Shown one piece after another: positions 23,986 through 37,633 of a stretch of 64,000 nt of DNA. The first letter of the stretch is position 1; the number at the start of each line of letters is the position of its first letter. Where the stretch lies: NCBI GenBank assembly GCA_964016885.1, contig OZ024741.1, forward strand, positions 89,280,001 through 89,344,000, written 5' to 3'. A model generated the notes under the pieces. The model saw nothing but the letters and a program-made list of their open reading frames with translations. It was not told the origin of the DNA and did no database searches. Source of the DNA: Eledone cirrhosa. Taxonomy: Eukaryota. A program made the translations under genes and the position numbers.

Positions 23986-26900
23986 GAAGCGGGAGTGAGG
24001 TATAAAAATCTGAAAAATTAGAGTAGAGTAAATAGAGACCCGAGAATAGAGTAAATAGAGAGATGGGATATGTGTAACGGCCATGTCTTTTTCTAAGGGC
24101 ATAGCGAGTTTAACTTGCCGCAAACTCTTTGTCCCACTAAACACTTCACGGTGCGATCGTTTGGCCAGGTCTCCCTCAAAACACCACACTGTTATCTTAA
24201 AAAAGGATGACACATTGAGCAATGTATTTACAGATACAGTTTAAATAAAAGATGAGATGGTCACAGCTTTGATGAGAGGTCTGTTGGGCAGTGCCGGATT
24301 TAGGACAAATGAGGCCCTGTGTTAGTTAAGTTATGGGCCCTGAAGGAGGTAGGCTAGCTAGGCCTACACAGGAAGCCCCCCCCCCCCCCATCCTGACCAA
24401 CGGGGTTCTGAGCTTAAGCGCACCTAAGAACAATAATAAACCCAGCACTGCTATTATGTCAGAGTTGACCTGTGACCAAATATAACTAGTCCCAGCCTGT
24501 GATATTCGAAACATTTGAGGAAGGTGGGCCGCTGATAACAAAGTTCTTGTTACCGTTGACAGTTCGCCTTAAATGAGGTGTCAGGTGATGCCCGTGAGGA
24601 TACTTGGTTGTCCCAGCACCTTAGCCTTGTTATCACCCGCGGTAATACTTGTTTCTACTTTAGGCACAAGGCCATCAATTACTCAGTGCATTACTGGTAC
24701 TTAATTTTATCGACCCCGTAAGGATGAAAGGCAAAGTCAACCTCTGCGGGATTTGAACTCAGATCGTAACTGTGAGTGTGTTGGCTTGTCTTAAAAAGTA
24801 TTAGAGGGAGGTTCCATCGTCCCTTGTTGTGTGACCGATTGCCACACTTAGTGTTGAATTAATATTTTCTTCGTTTTGATTCTATATATTTATGTAATTA
24901 AGTATTGCCGATATTTTTTGTACGTACATTTTCATCCTAAAACCATTATTTAAAGAAGAATTTATATATAGACGAATGGATTAAACGAAATTTCTTTGTT
25001 ATAATAAAATTCTATATTGTAGAATCTATATTTTATGTGAAATATTTATGTAATTAAGTAATAGAGATATATGTATGTATGTGTTAAATTTTAACAGCTA
25101 TGGCATTTGTGTTTGTAATTCCAAACTAATAAGAAATAAAAGATGGTCTGTTATGCTTCTTAATTCGGTCAAAAATGAAAATGCTGACAGGCAAGTACAG
25201 AGAATCCAATTTAAATACACGTTTATTTATATACATATATATATATATATACACTACCAAAATTAAATTAAAGATGTTATGCCTGAGAATATCAGAAACA
25301 TGCACCATACCACCTGTAGAATAAGCTCAAAGATTCTAAGGAATAAATCTGACCATTTATTAACATTGAATTAAAAATCGATTGACATATATATATATAT
25401 AAAATAAACACATCAAACAATTACAGGGGATAATTTGAAAAGAGTGTAAACACATAGTTACCCCCGTAACTATGTATCTATTTATTTTATATATATGTCA
25501 ATCGATTTTTAATTGATTGTTTTATATATATATATATCATATTTTATAATTTTAATAGAAAGAAAAGACATTCTACTAGGGTAAAGGTAATAGAAGGATG
25601 ATAGGTTACACGATAAAGTTGAGAAAGATACAAAATGACAGACGTAGACACAACAGAAACACGTGTTAATAGAAGGATTTAGCAGGTATTCAAAACCAAT
25701 AATGTAGTCGAAGCGAATCCCAAAACGAAGTTTCTGGCTAGCAGAATTAGTAGAGCGCTGGACAAAATGCTTTCATATTCGGAGTTCAAATCCTGTCAAG
25801 GTTGATTTTCCCTATACTTCAAGGAGCTATTCACAGAATGTTTGACCCAGTGCCAATGTTAGAAATAATTATTTCTTGACAGAAACCCACACTATCTTAA
25901 AATAAGGCTCAAATATATAACTGGTACGGTAGATATTTTAATGATGGGTGGATTAAAAGTTGAGAAGGACGATACAAATAGGCATACTCACAACAAAAAC
26001 CTGTAATGTCCACAAACACATATATTATTTCGATCCCAGTGCATTACAAATAAAGCACCAGTAATGCACTGGAGTCGATTTAATCGACTTTCCCCCTCCC
26101 CTTCAACAATTATTTCAAACATATACATAAAATAAAATAGATATGGATGATCAAAGGCATTCCATCTGCGACCATCTCATCTTTCTTCAGATATAGTATA
26201 ACTAGGACCACCTTATCCAGTGTCTTTTTTCTTTGTTTTAATATAGTATCGTGTGATTTGCGGGATATTAGGGGTATTATTTTAAGCAGGTCGAAAGATC
26301 ACACAGGCTAGCCCTTAAAATATTTTTGTATGTCTTTATATATATATAACTCAGTGGAACGTATTTTATGAAGTGAAGCATACAATTTATTCCATTATTT
26401 GAATGGTTTCTATTACTTTTTACCGACGCAAAACATCTCTAGTTTCATCGGATTTACCTTATGTTGTTATTATATAACCGAAATAAACCCTGGTCGAGTA
26501 GACCTATAATGAAACGTATTCCAGTTGTGACCGTGAGACTAAGATTAGGTCAACGTGTCCTTTTCTAAGAGGTAGGGTGCGATTAGAAGGAATCTGGCTG
26601 CTATTTCTAGCAGGTCGTAGTGCCTTCCATGTGCGTATATGTGTGTATGAAAAAGGAAGGCTGTATGTGAGAGTAAAGTGGCGTATTTATACGGTTTTGA
26701 GTGTATGAGAGAAAGTGAATTCTATGTACGAAGTCTGAAGAATGGTTCCTAACCAAAAGGTAAATAAATTATAAATATACATAACGTGTTCTGAACCAAT
26801 ATGCTAAAGAAACAGACCTACTAGGTTTTATACGTTAAGTTCTTTGAAATTATCCAGTTTTAAAGAACCAGGAATTGTCCGCCATAACTTTCTTGGAAGA

Positions 26901-27024
26901 AGAGAAAATCCTTAAGAAACAGTGGAAATTGTAAGAAAGGAGAAACAATACCTCCTCTATCTTTTGCTCTATACACTACAGATTAAAGAAAATGTATAGA
27001 ATTATATAAAAACGTTTAACTTGC

Positions 27025-27073
27025 CTATAAGTAGGAAAATTCTTGTCAGGACAAACATGATGGAGGTATTCAT
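27025..27073 (-). CDS. Secreted Cys-rich protein, exon 1: MNTSIMFVLTRIFLLI(A), signal peptide
   Basis: ATG followed by a hydrophobic stretch. AG|GCAAGT GC donor in phase 1 joins exon 2 to give a continuous signal peptide. Confidence 0.7.
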
Positions 27074-27539
27074 CACTCAAGGTAGACAAGAAATTAAGAT
27101 ACAGCCTATAGAAGTGTGTGTATATATATGTAGGAATGTGGTTATGTTTATGATTGAACTGCCTATATTTCTATTTCCTATTTGACTTGCCCAGTTTTAA
27201 ATTTGAGGGAAGTGCGTATATATATAGGATGTTGTATATATCTCCAAATATGTACAAGCTCTTAAGAGCGCACTTAAGTATTGCTTATCTAAAATACATT
27301 CTCTGTATGTGTGTAATATACATGTGGCATAGTCTAGGGTCAAGAGTCCGGCGTGACACGAAAATAAGTAATTAAAGTTTTAAAGTGGTCTTTATCCCGA
27401 TGTTGTCTTTCTTAGTCGTTATCTGCCGAAAAAAATGTTAACCATTGTTTATTTTTATAAAAGAAACCAGTCCTCGAATCCGAATCATATAGAAAAGAAA
27501 CCAAGAAATACAATTTTTAGTTTGTTTTCCGTGTTGCTA

Positions 27540-29222
27540 AACGAAGCTTGAAATTCTTTAGAGGAAAAAATGGCGCGCGTGCGCACAAATAATTTATTAT
27601 TATTAACACCCAAACACGACAAAAGCAATAACGATAACAACAACAACTTCCCAGCCTTAACACTCCCTTCATCACAAGATATGCGGGACATCAAAGCACA
27701 CACAAGAAATAACAACAACATTGGCATCACCACCGCAACTACAAAAACTGACGCGAAATCAAACATTGTAGACAAGAAAAGCAACAACAGTACCAACAAC
27801 AATAACAAAGACAACACCACTAGCAGCAGCAACAATGACAAAACCACCAACACCAGCAACAAAGAAAACAACAACAGAAACAAGAACAACAGCAGTAGCA
27901 GCAACAACAACAGTACATCTTTTGTGAAGGCGGCCAAAACTGTAGAAAGAGTTGGTCAGCAAGGAGGAAATGAGGGAGTACAAACCACTGGTCAAGAGGA
28001 ATGACCACAGGATCAGTCATGCTCCTCCACCCAATTTCATGTGCATGTCTCGTACCGTACAATTTAGATAAAGTTGCACCAAGTGGAGCAGGTGAGTGAG
28101 TCCCAGGTCCAAAAAGCTATGGGTGCTGTGTGGGCACATAATACACACAGGCCGCAAGAACAAATATGGGACAATTGATGCTTTCTTCACAGACCCACAA
28201 GAAGCAGGGCACATTTCATCACACCACTGTGAAGTGAAGAAATAACAATGGTGACCACCTACTGCAGGCAAAAGTCATATGAGTTTGCGTAACCCAAGTT
28301 CTGCCTGAAATAACCATTCCCTGGCTAATGGCAGCTGTCCTCGCTGACGTCGAGGAAAACCATTGTATCTTGGAGATCACCAAGATAAAACAAGAAGACT
28401 GGATATTATCGGGGATGGAGATCCTAATCCAAATGGACTAAAAATAGGTCATTCCCGATGGACTGGAGCGTTTGTTCTTTGTGGAAGGGATATGCTCTGA
28501 TAGTTAGTTGGTCCATCTACTGTCAACAACCGCTACGTGGAGGACTGGGCATGCCATGGCTTATGATGCGCTGAGATTGCGACATCTCCAGATTTTCCTA
28601 GACAGTGAACAGGTGTGGTCGCCTTTCACTAGGCACATTTTTCCCTGGCTCATCTCCTTTACGGAGCTGTAATCCTGGGACAAGTGGAGACTGAGCGGAA
28701 GTGCTTGGAAACTGGAATATCTCCAAACACTCACTGCCCTTTGCCAATTGGGCATTGTGATTGGTGGAAACTCCTCCTTGGCTTTCTATAGAGGGTTAGT
28801 GGAGGGCAAGATCAATGATGTCCTTCAGGAAACTCTGGGTGTCGACAAAGGCCAACTAGCTATTATCTTCTAGAGGACTTTTGGTTCAGGGCCAATGGTT
28901 AAATTCCAGAAATCCCTTGCCTGACAGTGCTACCAGAGTGTTGCATATTCGAGATAAACTTTACAGGCATGGAAGTGCTGTCAGCTTGCCCAGCGGTAAG
29001 GGTGACCATGGCTTTTATAGGCTTTCTCCACAAGTAACACTTGGAGTTGTCTCACCTTTAGGGAATTTGTTATGTTTGTCTTTTTAAATGTTTATTTTCT
29101 TTATCTGTTATAAATTTTATTTTACCCCCCCCCCCCCTCCATTGAATCGGCCTGTACCGTCTTCAATGTTTCGTTAATGTGAGCCCTGTGTGGCTAATAA
29201 AGAAAGCATTGTTATTATTATT
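27540..29222 (+). mobile_element. Tx1/L1-like LINE relic, internally deleted
   Basis: N/T/K-rich ORF1-like start. ORF2 remnants FLWKG, GGLGMPW, LRLRHL and IRDKLYRHG. AATAAA and (ATT)n tail. Confidence 0.65.
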
Positions 29223-30825
29223 AACCATAATATCTAGCATTTTACGTTCTGAGTTCAAATCATATCAAGGTCAACTTTGCATTTTATTCTTTCAAAGTTG
29301 ACAAAAAAGAACCAGTTCACTACTGAGGTTGATTCTTCTTCTATCTCTCTAGAAGAAATTGGCTATGTTTAGACCTGGTGAGAGATGGGTTTTGTCAGTT
29401 TTAAAATAGCCAAGCGTGTCACAGTGGTACTCCTACAACTCCATCAAAATTGTTAGAGGGTTGGACAAAGTGTTTTCTGATATTTCTTCCAACTCTTTAC
29501 ATTCTATGTTTAAATACTGCTGAGGTCAACTTTGCTTTTGATCCTTCTGCGGTCGATAAAGTAAAGTACCAGTCAAGTACTTGGAGTTGGTATAATCGAC
29601 TTTTCCCTCCCCATAAATTGCTGGCCTTGTGCCTAAATTAGAAATAATTATTAATCATAATATGCCAAGTGTGTTTATATATTTATATATATCTCTGTAA
29701 TTCATTAAAATTTAAACAAACACACATACACACAATGGCTTTCCTATCTCAGTCTTGTTGCTATAATTAGAATTTCCCCACACTTCACGAATGCTATAGG
29801 CTGGCAAAAATAGATTACAAAGAATTGGGTACTTAGTTTAAATGTGGAGTTTTTAAAACACTCTCCAACTTTAAAAAAAAATTATTATATTTGTAGTGAA
29901 ATTATTACAACAGTACGAAATGCAGACCAACATTAGGGGTGTATTTAACTCAACTTAACTTGGCTTCAAGCTCAGTATTCACTTTGCTCAGGGACACTGA
30001 ACAAGACTTGGGCTGTGGCAGTCTGTTATAGCCAAATCATAGCACACAAGTTAGTAAAACCGTACCTCAGCTTCCAAGCATTCACCCTGTAATATAAACA
30101 TCTCATAATATCTTTATATAGAAATCATAACAGTACAAACTTTGCCTCTTATAATTCTTCTTCTGTTAACATGAATCATCTAAACATTTGAACACCATTT
30201 CAAATCTCAGGTTAATGAAATAAATAACTCCATTTGTACTCATATATGTTTTCATTTTTCTCTCTCACACCAACCTGCTAAAATGGTACCATATTCCCTT
30301 TCTTTTGAATTTTTTATCAGAAAACAGGATTTTCAACTAACTCGAATGAAAATGGTGGAAAAAGTTAGCATAAATTACAATAGGTGTTTTATATAGTTTT
30401 TAACTAATTTTCATTAAATTCATATATTACTGCATTTATTTGTGATATCACACATTTTTATTATATTTTTTTTCCAAGATTTTTTCGGTGGCATTAAAAA
30501 TATGGTATTACAAATAAAACTTTTATGACAGATACTTAAATCTTTCCTGCTATCATTCTGTGACAAATTCTAACATTAAGCATTCATACATGATGCTATA
30601 TTTGCACCATCTACACATTTAGAAACTAAAACTTCATCCCAATCATTTTGGGTAATTGTTATCTGGCAGTATTTGATAATCTAGAATATTATCATGAAGC
30701 TTTCTGACTTCACTTGCCTCAAACAAGTAAAAAAGGTTTCACTATGAAAACTGAGCTTTCTATAAAATTAATAGAGGATGCAAAAACAAAATTTGTTTTT
30801 GCTCTAACATAGTGGATACATAAAT

Positions 30826-31174
30826 GCGTTTGAGTTTTTTTTTTATCGAATAACAATATTATTAATATTCGATTCATTTGCAAGCAAACAACCTCATAAT
30901 GCCATGTGTTTTAGATGACTACTGTCATCCTTTTGTTCTAGTGGTAGCAGAGAGAAACAATCAACAATTGTTTCAGGGTTATTCTAGTGTATAGCAGAAA
31001 AGGGAGAGATACACAATCTTGACAAGGGGCAATAACCCTGAAACGATTGTTGATTGTTTCTCTCTGCTACTGCTAGAACAAAAGGATGACAAACACTTGG
31101 TGTTATGAGGCTGTTTGCTTGCAAACAAATCAAATATTAATATTATTGTTATTCGATATAAAACTCATGAATGC
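30826..31174. repeat. Long inverted repeat (Penelope-like foldback)
   Basis: Arms about 30826-30983 and 31031-31174 are reverse complements around a ~47-nt spacer. Confidence 0.9.
31013..31057 (+). ncRNA. Minimal type I hammerhead ribozyme-like fold (U3-A8 core variant)
   Basis: acaatc-UUGACAA-gggg(caauaa)cccu-GAAA-c(gauu)g-UU-gauugu. Stem I extends as gagaga/ucucuc. Confidence 0.6.
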
Positions 31175-33542
31175 AATAAAGAATACATTCCTCATGAACT
31201 CACTGTTGAATATTGTTTCAGGCACTTTATTACAGCATGTAAAATGCATAAACAGCTTTGAAAAAATTACATTAAAAAGTTACACAAACATTGTTTCAGG
31301 AATTTCATGGCTGACACTGTTCTCCTCTCCCATAATGATGAATGCAGCGGTAGATGTTATATGGACAATAGTTGATAAGTGTGTTGCAAGTTCTGTGATT
31401 CTGTATGCCAACTTTATTTTAATTCATAAATTGACTGCTCTGCTCAGACATTCCATTTTTGGTATGATTTCTATGGCTGGATGCCCTTCCTAACACCATC
31501 CAGTGTATACCGGGTGTGTTTTACTGTGGCACTGCCACTACTATCTAACAGTATAGACTAGATGCTTTATTGTAACACCAGGCTTAGTGCTTTTTCTTGT
31601 GGCACCAAAAAGAAAAAAGAAAAGAAAAATTAGATAGTGAAAATAGTGCCATCGTTGTATTTTTGACTAAGTAAATTAGCCTAATAATTTGGAGTTATAA
31701 AAACCCACAGAAATGGACCATTTAGATATGTAGCTATTTTGGCATTTATAGGTTTCCAAAATTAATCTAAAAGTCTTTTCTGACAACGTTCTAATAGTAT
31801 TGACAATTTTAGCTTTTAGTTTTCCTTAATGTTTGTCTTATCGATATTTCCTCACCAGATACTAATTATAAGCAAAACCAAAGTAAAGTCTGCACAAAGA
31901 ATTGTTTACAATGTCAATAGAAAGGTTGTGCATTCCTCAATAGCACAACATGACTGCCTGTCAGTTAGATGCAAGACAACGGGGCTGACAGGAAGCTGCT
32001 GGGTCTCAACTTTATTTGAACCCACCTAATGCATGCCCTCAGTGCTGACAAGGTTAATTAAAACACCTTTACTTGCCTTGTCACAAAACCATTATGCCCA
32101 TGGCCTTTGCTGGCTCTCTGAGATCAATAAAATTCATGCAGTTAATATTTCTCTTGAACATTTGCAAGTTGACAGCTGCAGAAAACATGGGCAGAGAGAG
32201 AATTCCCAAAGGCCACTGTTCTGTGGTGATGGATATAATATGAGTTACTTGAAAGGGAAAGAGGAGTAATCTGGGTGTCACTGAGTGGATGTGGTGAGAG
32301 AGCAGCCAACACTAAGGAGTAGAGGCCACTGCAGTTGAGTGAGCAGATGAGAGAGAAGTACCGTATATACTCGAATATAAGCTGATACTCCCTACTATTT
32401 TATGCCCTACTTATAAGCCGAGGCAGCTAATCAACACATTATATTTAGATGGCGTGGTTTTGAAATCCTCATGAGTATATATTTATGAAGTTTTAATATT
32501 TTGATGTTTAAAATGTTTTAAGTGTAGTTTAGAATATAGTTTTGATTTCACATCTCCATTACATAATGCTTTTTTACAATTTCATCTGTTTTATAGTTTC
32601 AACAAGTTTCTTGAATTTTTGTGCACTTCCAGTCACTCACATGTTAGGAGTAGAAGAGGAGGGGAGGGAGAGCAATAAAATACAAGCCAGAAGTAAAACT
32701 TTGAAAAAAAAGTATTAGTAATTCAGAGAAAAACAGTTGGTGCAAGTATTATGTGTACCTGCATTTGTGTGTGTATGTGTGTACGTATAGGGGGCATTTA
32801 TGTATTAAAATGTTTAAATTATAAAATTAATGGTGATGTAGTAAAAAAAAAAAAAAAAAAAGAAACTGTTTCATTGTAAAATAATCACCCCAGATATTTT
32901 AGCATCTTATTTACATAGAATATGAAGTTGGTGAAAATTGGGAGAATATTGACTCCGAACCATCCGTTTTATCATCAATTTTCAAGCTTTTCAAGCTATA
33001 TTGGGGGACAAAAGAATCTGGTCGCATCAATGCTAGTCAGTACCTCTGGAGAGAGTGAAACAGTTGGAAAGCATTGAAATTGTTATGACATCCAGTTGAC
33101 AACTGATGAAAGGAATGTCCTTTATTGAAAACTGTATGCAGAATATTTTTCAACTTTTACATTTCTCTTTTGTTTAAATTTCACATCTTTCTGATTGCAT
33201 TATTCTATGATGTTCAACTATACTGAACTTGAAATGTTTCCTTGTCATCTCGGTTTGAATGTCTTCCAGCACAATTTTATACATAACAACTTCCAATAAA
33301 ATTACCCAGCTTACCAAATTCATTTAATATCTATTTTTTTTAAAATGGCTTGTTTAGAGAGAGAAGAGCAGCTAAACATATCTTGTAAAGGCTGCAATGA
33401 CTGGGTAGCAAAAAAACATAGAATATTTCGATGTTAGCATTCCTAATTCAAGTTTGAATGTTTTTTTTCAGAGAACTGGTTTAATTATTTTTACTCTTGG
33501 AACTGTTGGTGTATTAAGATGAGATCCTATAATTAGGTGAAC

Positions 33543-33671
33543 CTATGATGAACAGTCTCCACCAGCAATTAGGCTATGGTTCAAAGGCTTTAAGTCTTCA
33601 CTTTCCTTTATGTATTTTTTCAACAAAACTGCAACATCTTCAAGTTGATCTTGAGTAGATATTCTATTTTC
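33543..33671 (-). CDS. CLCC1: CLCC1-like, terminal exon: ENRISTQDQLEDVAVLLKKYIKESEDLKPLNHSLIAGGDCSS*
   Basis: atttatag acceptor, phase 0, open to TAG. AATAAA on the - strand at 33121-33126. Confidence 0.7.
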   Translation of the reverse strand, partial: ENRISTQDQLEDVAVLLKKYIKESEDLKPLNHSLIAGGDCSS

Positions 33672-34666
33672 CTATAAATACAGGAATGTATATACATATA
33701 TAAATAAATACAAGTGCATGTCATCATCATCATCATTAAACGTCCATCTTCTACGCTAGCATGGGTAGGACGGGTTGACCCTTAGGGATAGAATCAGGTC
33801 AGAGGTCCATGTTTAGCTCACCTGGGGCAGATTTTGGCTTGGTTTCTACAGCTGGATGCTAACCACATTAACATTGTGTACTGGGTGCTTTTTGTCGTGT
33901 CACCTACATGACCACATTACAGTGTGGACTGGGCACTTTTTGTCGTGTTGCCGACACAACCACTTTACTGTGGGGACTGGGCACTTTTTGTCGTGTTGCC
34001 GACACAGCCACTTTACTGTGGGGACTGGACACTTTTGTCTTAGAATTAGGGAGAAGCTTTGGAAGTTGCAGACGTAGGTAATAGGGGAGGAATGGTTACT
34101 GCAAAGGGAGGGGAGAAGGTGAAGGAATACATATATATATAAATAAATACAAATATACAAAGTTTTTATATACATACATATATATATATCAAATTAAAAA
34201 AAATGGAGAATTTGATATATTGGCTCCTAATTCATTTCTATAAGTAAAGTTTCGTAAGTTGAATGGTTCTGAGCTGAAGCTGCTGTTTTTAGTGGTCTTT
34301 TGATTCATTTACACCACCATGGGCTGTACAATGCACATGTTTTCTCTTTCCACCATGTGCGTTTTTTAGTTATCTGATATATTTTTCGAAGTGTAGACCA
34401 TATTGTGGTCCACCTGTTGACAAACCCTCTACAATATGGAATCTACACTTTTTGTGGTGAAACCTGCTATTGTTAGAGCATGTCCAGGAGTAATAGTTAT
34501 TAATGAATGGTTTGTACATTTTAATTTATTCTTTTAATTGATCTGTATTCTCCTTTCCTTTTGTAGACAATATGTTCTTCACTCTAATGGTTTTCTATCC
34601 CTTATAATTAAACACACACCTCTTTGTCTATTTCTCTCTAAATACTGTTTTTTTATATATATATAT

Positions 34667-35900
34667 AGTTGCCGAGATGCTGAAAGCATCTGGGTCGGTA
34701 GGTCACACCATAACCACATGTATTGTAAACCAAGTAATACTAGATGGCGTCATACCAAATGATTGGCGCAGCAGCATCATTGTCAACTGCTACAAGGGTA
34801 AAGGAGCTGCACTAGATAGAGGAAACTATAGAGGTATAAAGTTAATGGACCAGGTCATGAAAGTAACAGAAAAAATTATAGCACAGTTGATTAGGGACAG
34901 GGTAAATCTGGATGAGATGCAGTTTGGATTTGTACCAGGCAAAAGCACCACTGATGTGCTTTTCCTTGTGAGGCAGTTACAGGAAAAGTACCTAGCTAAA
35001 AGTAAGCCGCTCTAATTGGCATTTGTTAGCTTTCGATAGAGTGCCCCGTGCCATAATCTGGTGGCCTCTTAGAAAACTAGGAGTAGATGCGTGCATACAA
35101 ACAGCAATGTTGCATGGTAGTGAGACCTAGGTGCTGTGTGCAGAAGACTTGCATAGATGGGAAAGAAATGAAACTTGCATGCTCCGAGGGATGTGTAACA
35201 GTAATAATTGTTTCTACTTTAGGCACAAGGCCAGCAATTACCCAGTGCATTACTGGTACTTTATTTTATCGACCCCGTAAGGATGAAAGGCAAAGTCAAC
35301 CTCGGCGGGATACATGAATGGCAAAGCATAAACAAACTGAGAGAGAAACTAGGCATAAGAGGAATCAAATGCTGTGTGCAAGAGAGGAGATTACGTTGGT
35401 ATGGATATGTGATGTGTATGAAGGATGACAGCTGCATAAAAAAGTGCAGAGTGCTCAAAGTCGCTGGAAGCCTTGGAATGAAGAGATCCAGGGAGACTTG
35501 GGATGAAGTGATAAAAACCGACCTTGCCCAACTACACCTCTCAAAGGCAATCACACAGGATTGAGATATCTGGTGTTATGCAGTAATACAGAAGACTAGA
35601 TTTCCCACGGGCACAGGCTGAAGCATATACAGTATGCTCCAGGCCATCCCACCCTCCGATACATCTCTCATGAGGAAAGGCTGAAACACTGTAAAGTGTT
35701 CGTGTAGGTGTCATGACAAAAAGCACCTAGTACTCACTGTAAATGAGGTAGGCATTAGGAAGGGCATCAAGCTGTAGAAATCAAGCCAAAATCAGTTCTG
35801 TATGAGCAAGACATGGTCACCTGACCTAAAATTGCCCACAATAGAACAACTTGTGTAACCCATGTCAGAATGGAGAAACGGACGTAAAACAATGATAATG
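34667..35900 (+). mobile_element. RTE family 1 copy with internal deletion and nested SINE
   Basis: MLKASGSVGH...QEKYLAKSKPL, then the C-terminal ORF and tail. Confidence 0.88.
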
Positions 35901-35935
35901 ATATATATACATACATACATACATACATACATATA

Positions 35936-36616
35936 TCATCATCACTATCATTTTACGTCCGCTTTTCCCTGCTTTCAAGGGTAGGACGGGAACTGATTCT
36001 GGCTTGATTTCTACAGCTGGATGCCCTTCCTAACACCAACCTCATTTACAGTGAGTGCTGGGTGCTTTTTTGCCGTGGCACCTCCACGACCACTTTGCAG
36101 CGGAATGATAAGGACCCCAGTCCTATCATCTCATTTCTACAGCTGAGTAAACTGGAGCAACGTGAAATAAAGTGTCTTGCTCAAGGAAACAACACATCAC
36201 CCGCTCTGAGAATTGAACTCACAACCTTTCGATTGCAAACCCAATGCTCTAACCACTATATATATATATCATCATCATCATCATCATCATTCCATTTTAT
36301 GTCTGCTTTTTCCCTGCTTGCAAGGGTGGGACGGGAACTGATTCTGGCTTGATTTCTACAGCTGGATGCCCTTCCTAACACCAACCTCATTTACAGTGAG
36401 TGCTGGGTGCTTTTTTGCCGTGGCACCTCCACGACCACTTTGTAGTGGAATGATATAGACCCCAGTCCCTATCATCTCATTTCTACAGCTGAGTAAACTG
36501 GAGCAATGTGAAATAAAGTGTCTTGCTCAAGGAAACAACACATTACCCAGTCTGAGAATTGAACTCACAACCTTTTGATTGCATGGCCAATGCTCTAACC
36601 ACTAAGCCATGTGCCT
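35936..36616 (-). mobile_element. Two tandem CORE-like SINEs with RTE tails
   Basis: 35936-36256 and 36268-36616 are each highly similar to 22152-22487. Confidence 0.88.
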
Positions 36617-37351
36617 ATATATATCATCATCATCATCATCATTGTTTAACGTCTATTTTTCACGCTAGCATGGGTTATATATATATATATATATATATAT
36701 GTTAAATAGTAAAATGATGTTTTTAAGCCCCAGGTCAGTTTTTTTTTTTTGACAAAGCAAATCTAAGATAAAAATCATAGTGATTTTGTATAATGACATT
36801 ATTCAATGTATTGTTCCATTTTTTAGGAGGACAGGAAATTATTTGAGGAAGATTTGGCTCATACATATAGTAAGTTGAGTGACTGCATAGAGGTTTTCTT
36901 CATTGATGTTGATAATGAGGATGGTGGTAGTGATGGTGATTATGATGATGATGAAGATGGTGATAGTGTTGAATCTGTGTGTGCTATATCTAAAACTTAG
37001 TATGTATGGTATAATCAGAGTTGCTGCTACAAGAGAGGTATATTATATAAAAAGATTCATTAAAATACTAGTGTGTTGGATTGCTGGACCTCAAGGAGAT
37101 TCAGCTGGACATAATGTGTGAGAAGGCTGGCTACTTGATTTACAGATACAACTCATTTTTGCCAGCTGAGTGGACTGGAACAATGTGAAATAAAGTATCT
37201 TGCTCAAGGACACAATGTGCCACCTTGTCTAAGAATTGAACTCATGATCTCATCAGAGTGAGCTGAAGAGCCTAACCACTAAGCCATACGCTTTTACAGA
37301 AAGTGATATATGTGAAAATACTAATAAAAGTAGAAAAAGACTAACACTCAC

Positions 37352-37633
37352 CAAAGTGTCCAATTTCTCCAGAAGTTTGTTAAGAAGTTTGTCATTGATT
37401 TTATTGTTGTTGCTTTTACCAATTGAAAAAAGAAGAGTTGAGAAAGAGCAATCATTTAAAATGAGTAACGTAACAATTGTAATGATGGCCATTATCATCA
37501 TCATTAGTATGATAAAAATCCCCTGCATGTAAAATGGTAGTGGTGCACATATTTCAATGATGAACTTGCCTATGTACTCTCCACAGTTCTGTAATGGTCG
37601 AAATATAATATTGACCACACTGATGCTAAGTGC
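37352..37633 (-). CDS. CLCC1: CLCC1-like exon: ALSISVVNIIFRPLQNCGEYIGKF...TM3...LDTL
   Basis: tttcag / gtgagt, phase 0. Resembles CLCC1 [24 protein letters not shown] plus a TM helix. Confidence 0.88.

Noticed and set aside
25369-25513. Small AT-rich palindrome
   Set aside because: Short arms dominated by (TA)n. No TSD, ribozyme core or other copy was recognised.
27485-28062. Leu/Val-rich and Cys-rich - strand ORFs resembling membrane or metallothionein proteins
   Set aside because: Translations of (AAC/AGC)n low-complexity sequence in the LINE relic.
33100-33140. CTGATGA...GAAA motif as a hammerhead
   Set aside because: No convincing stems I and III.
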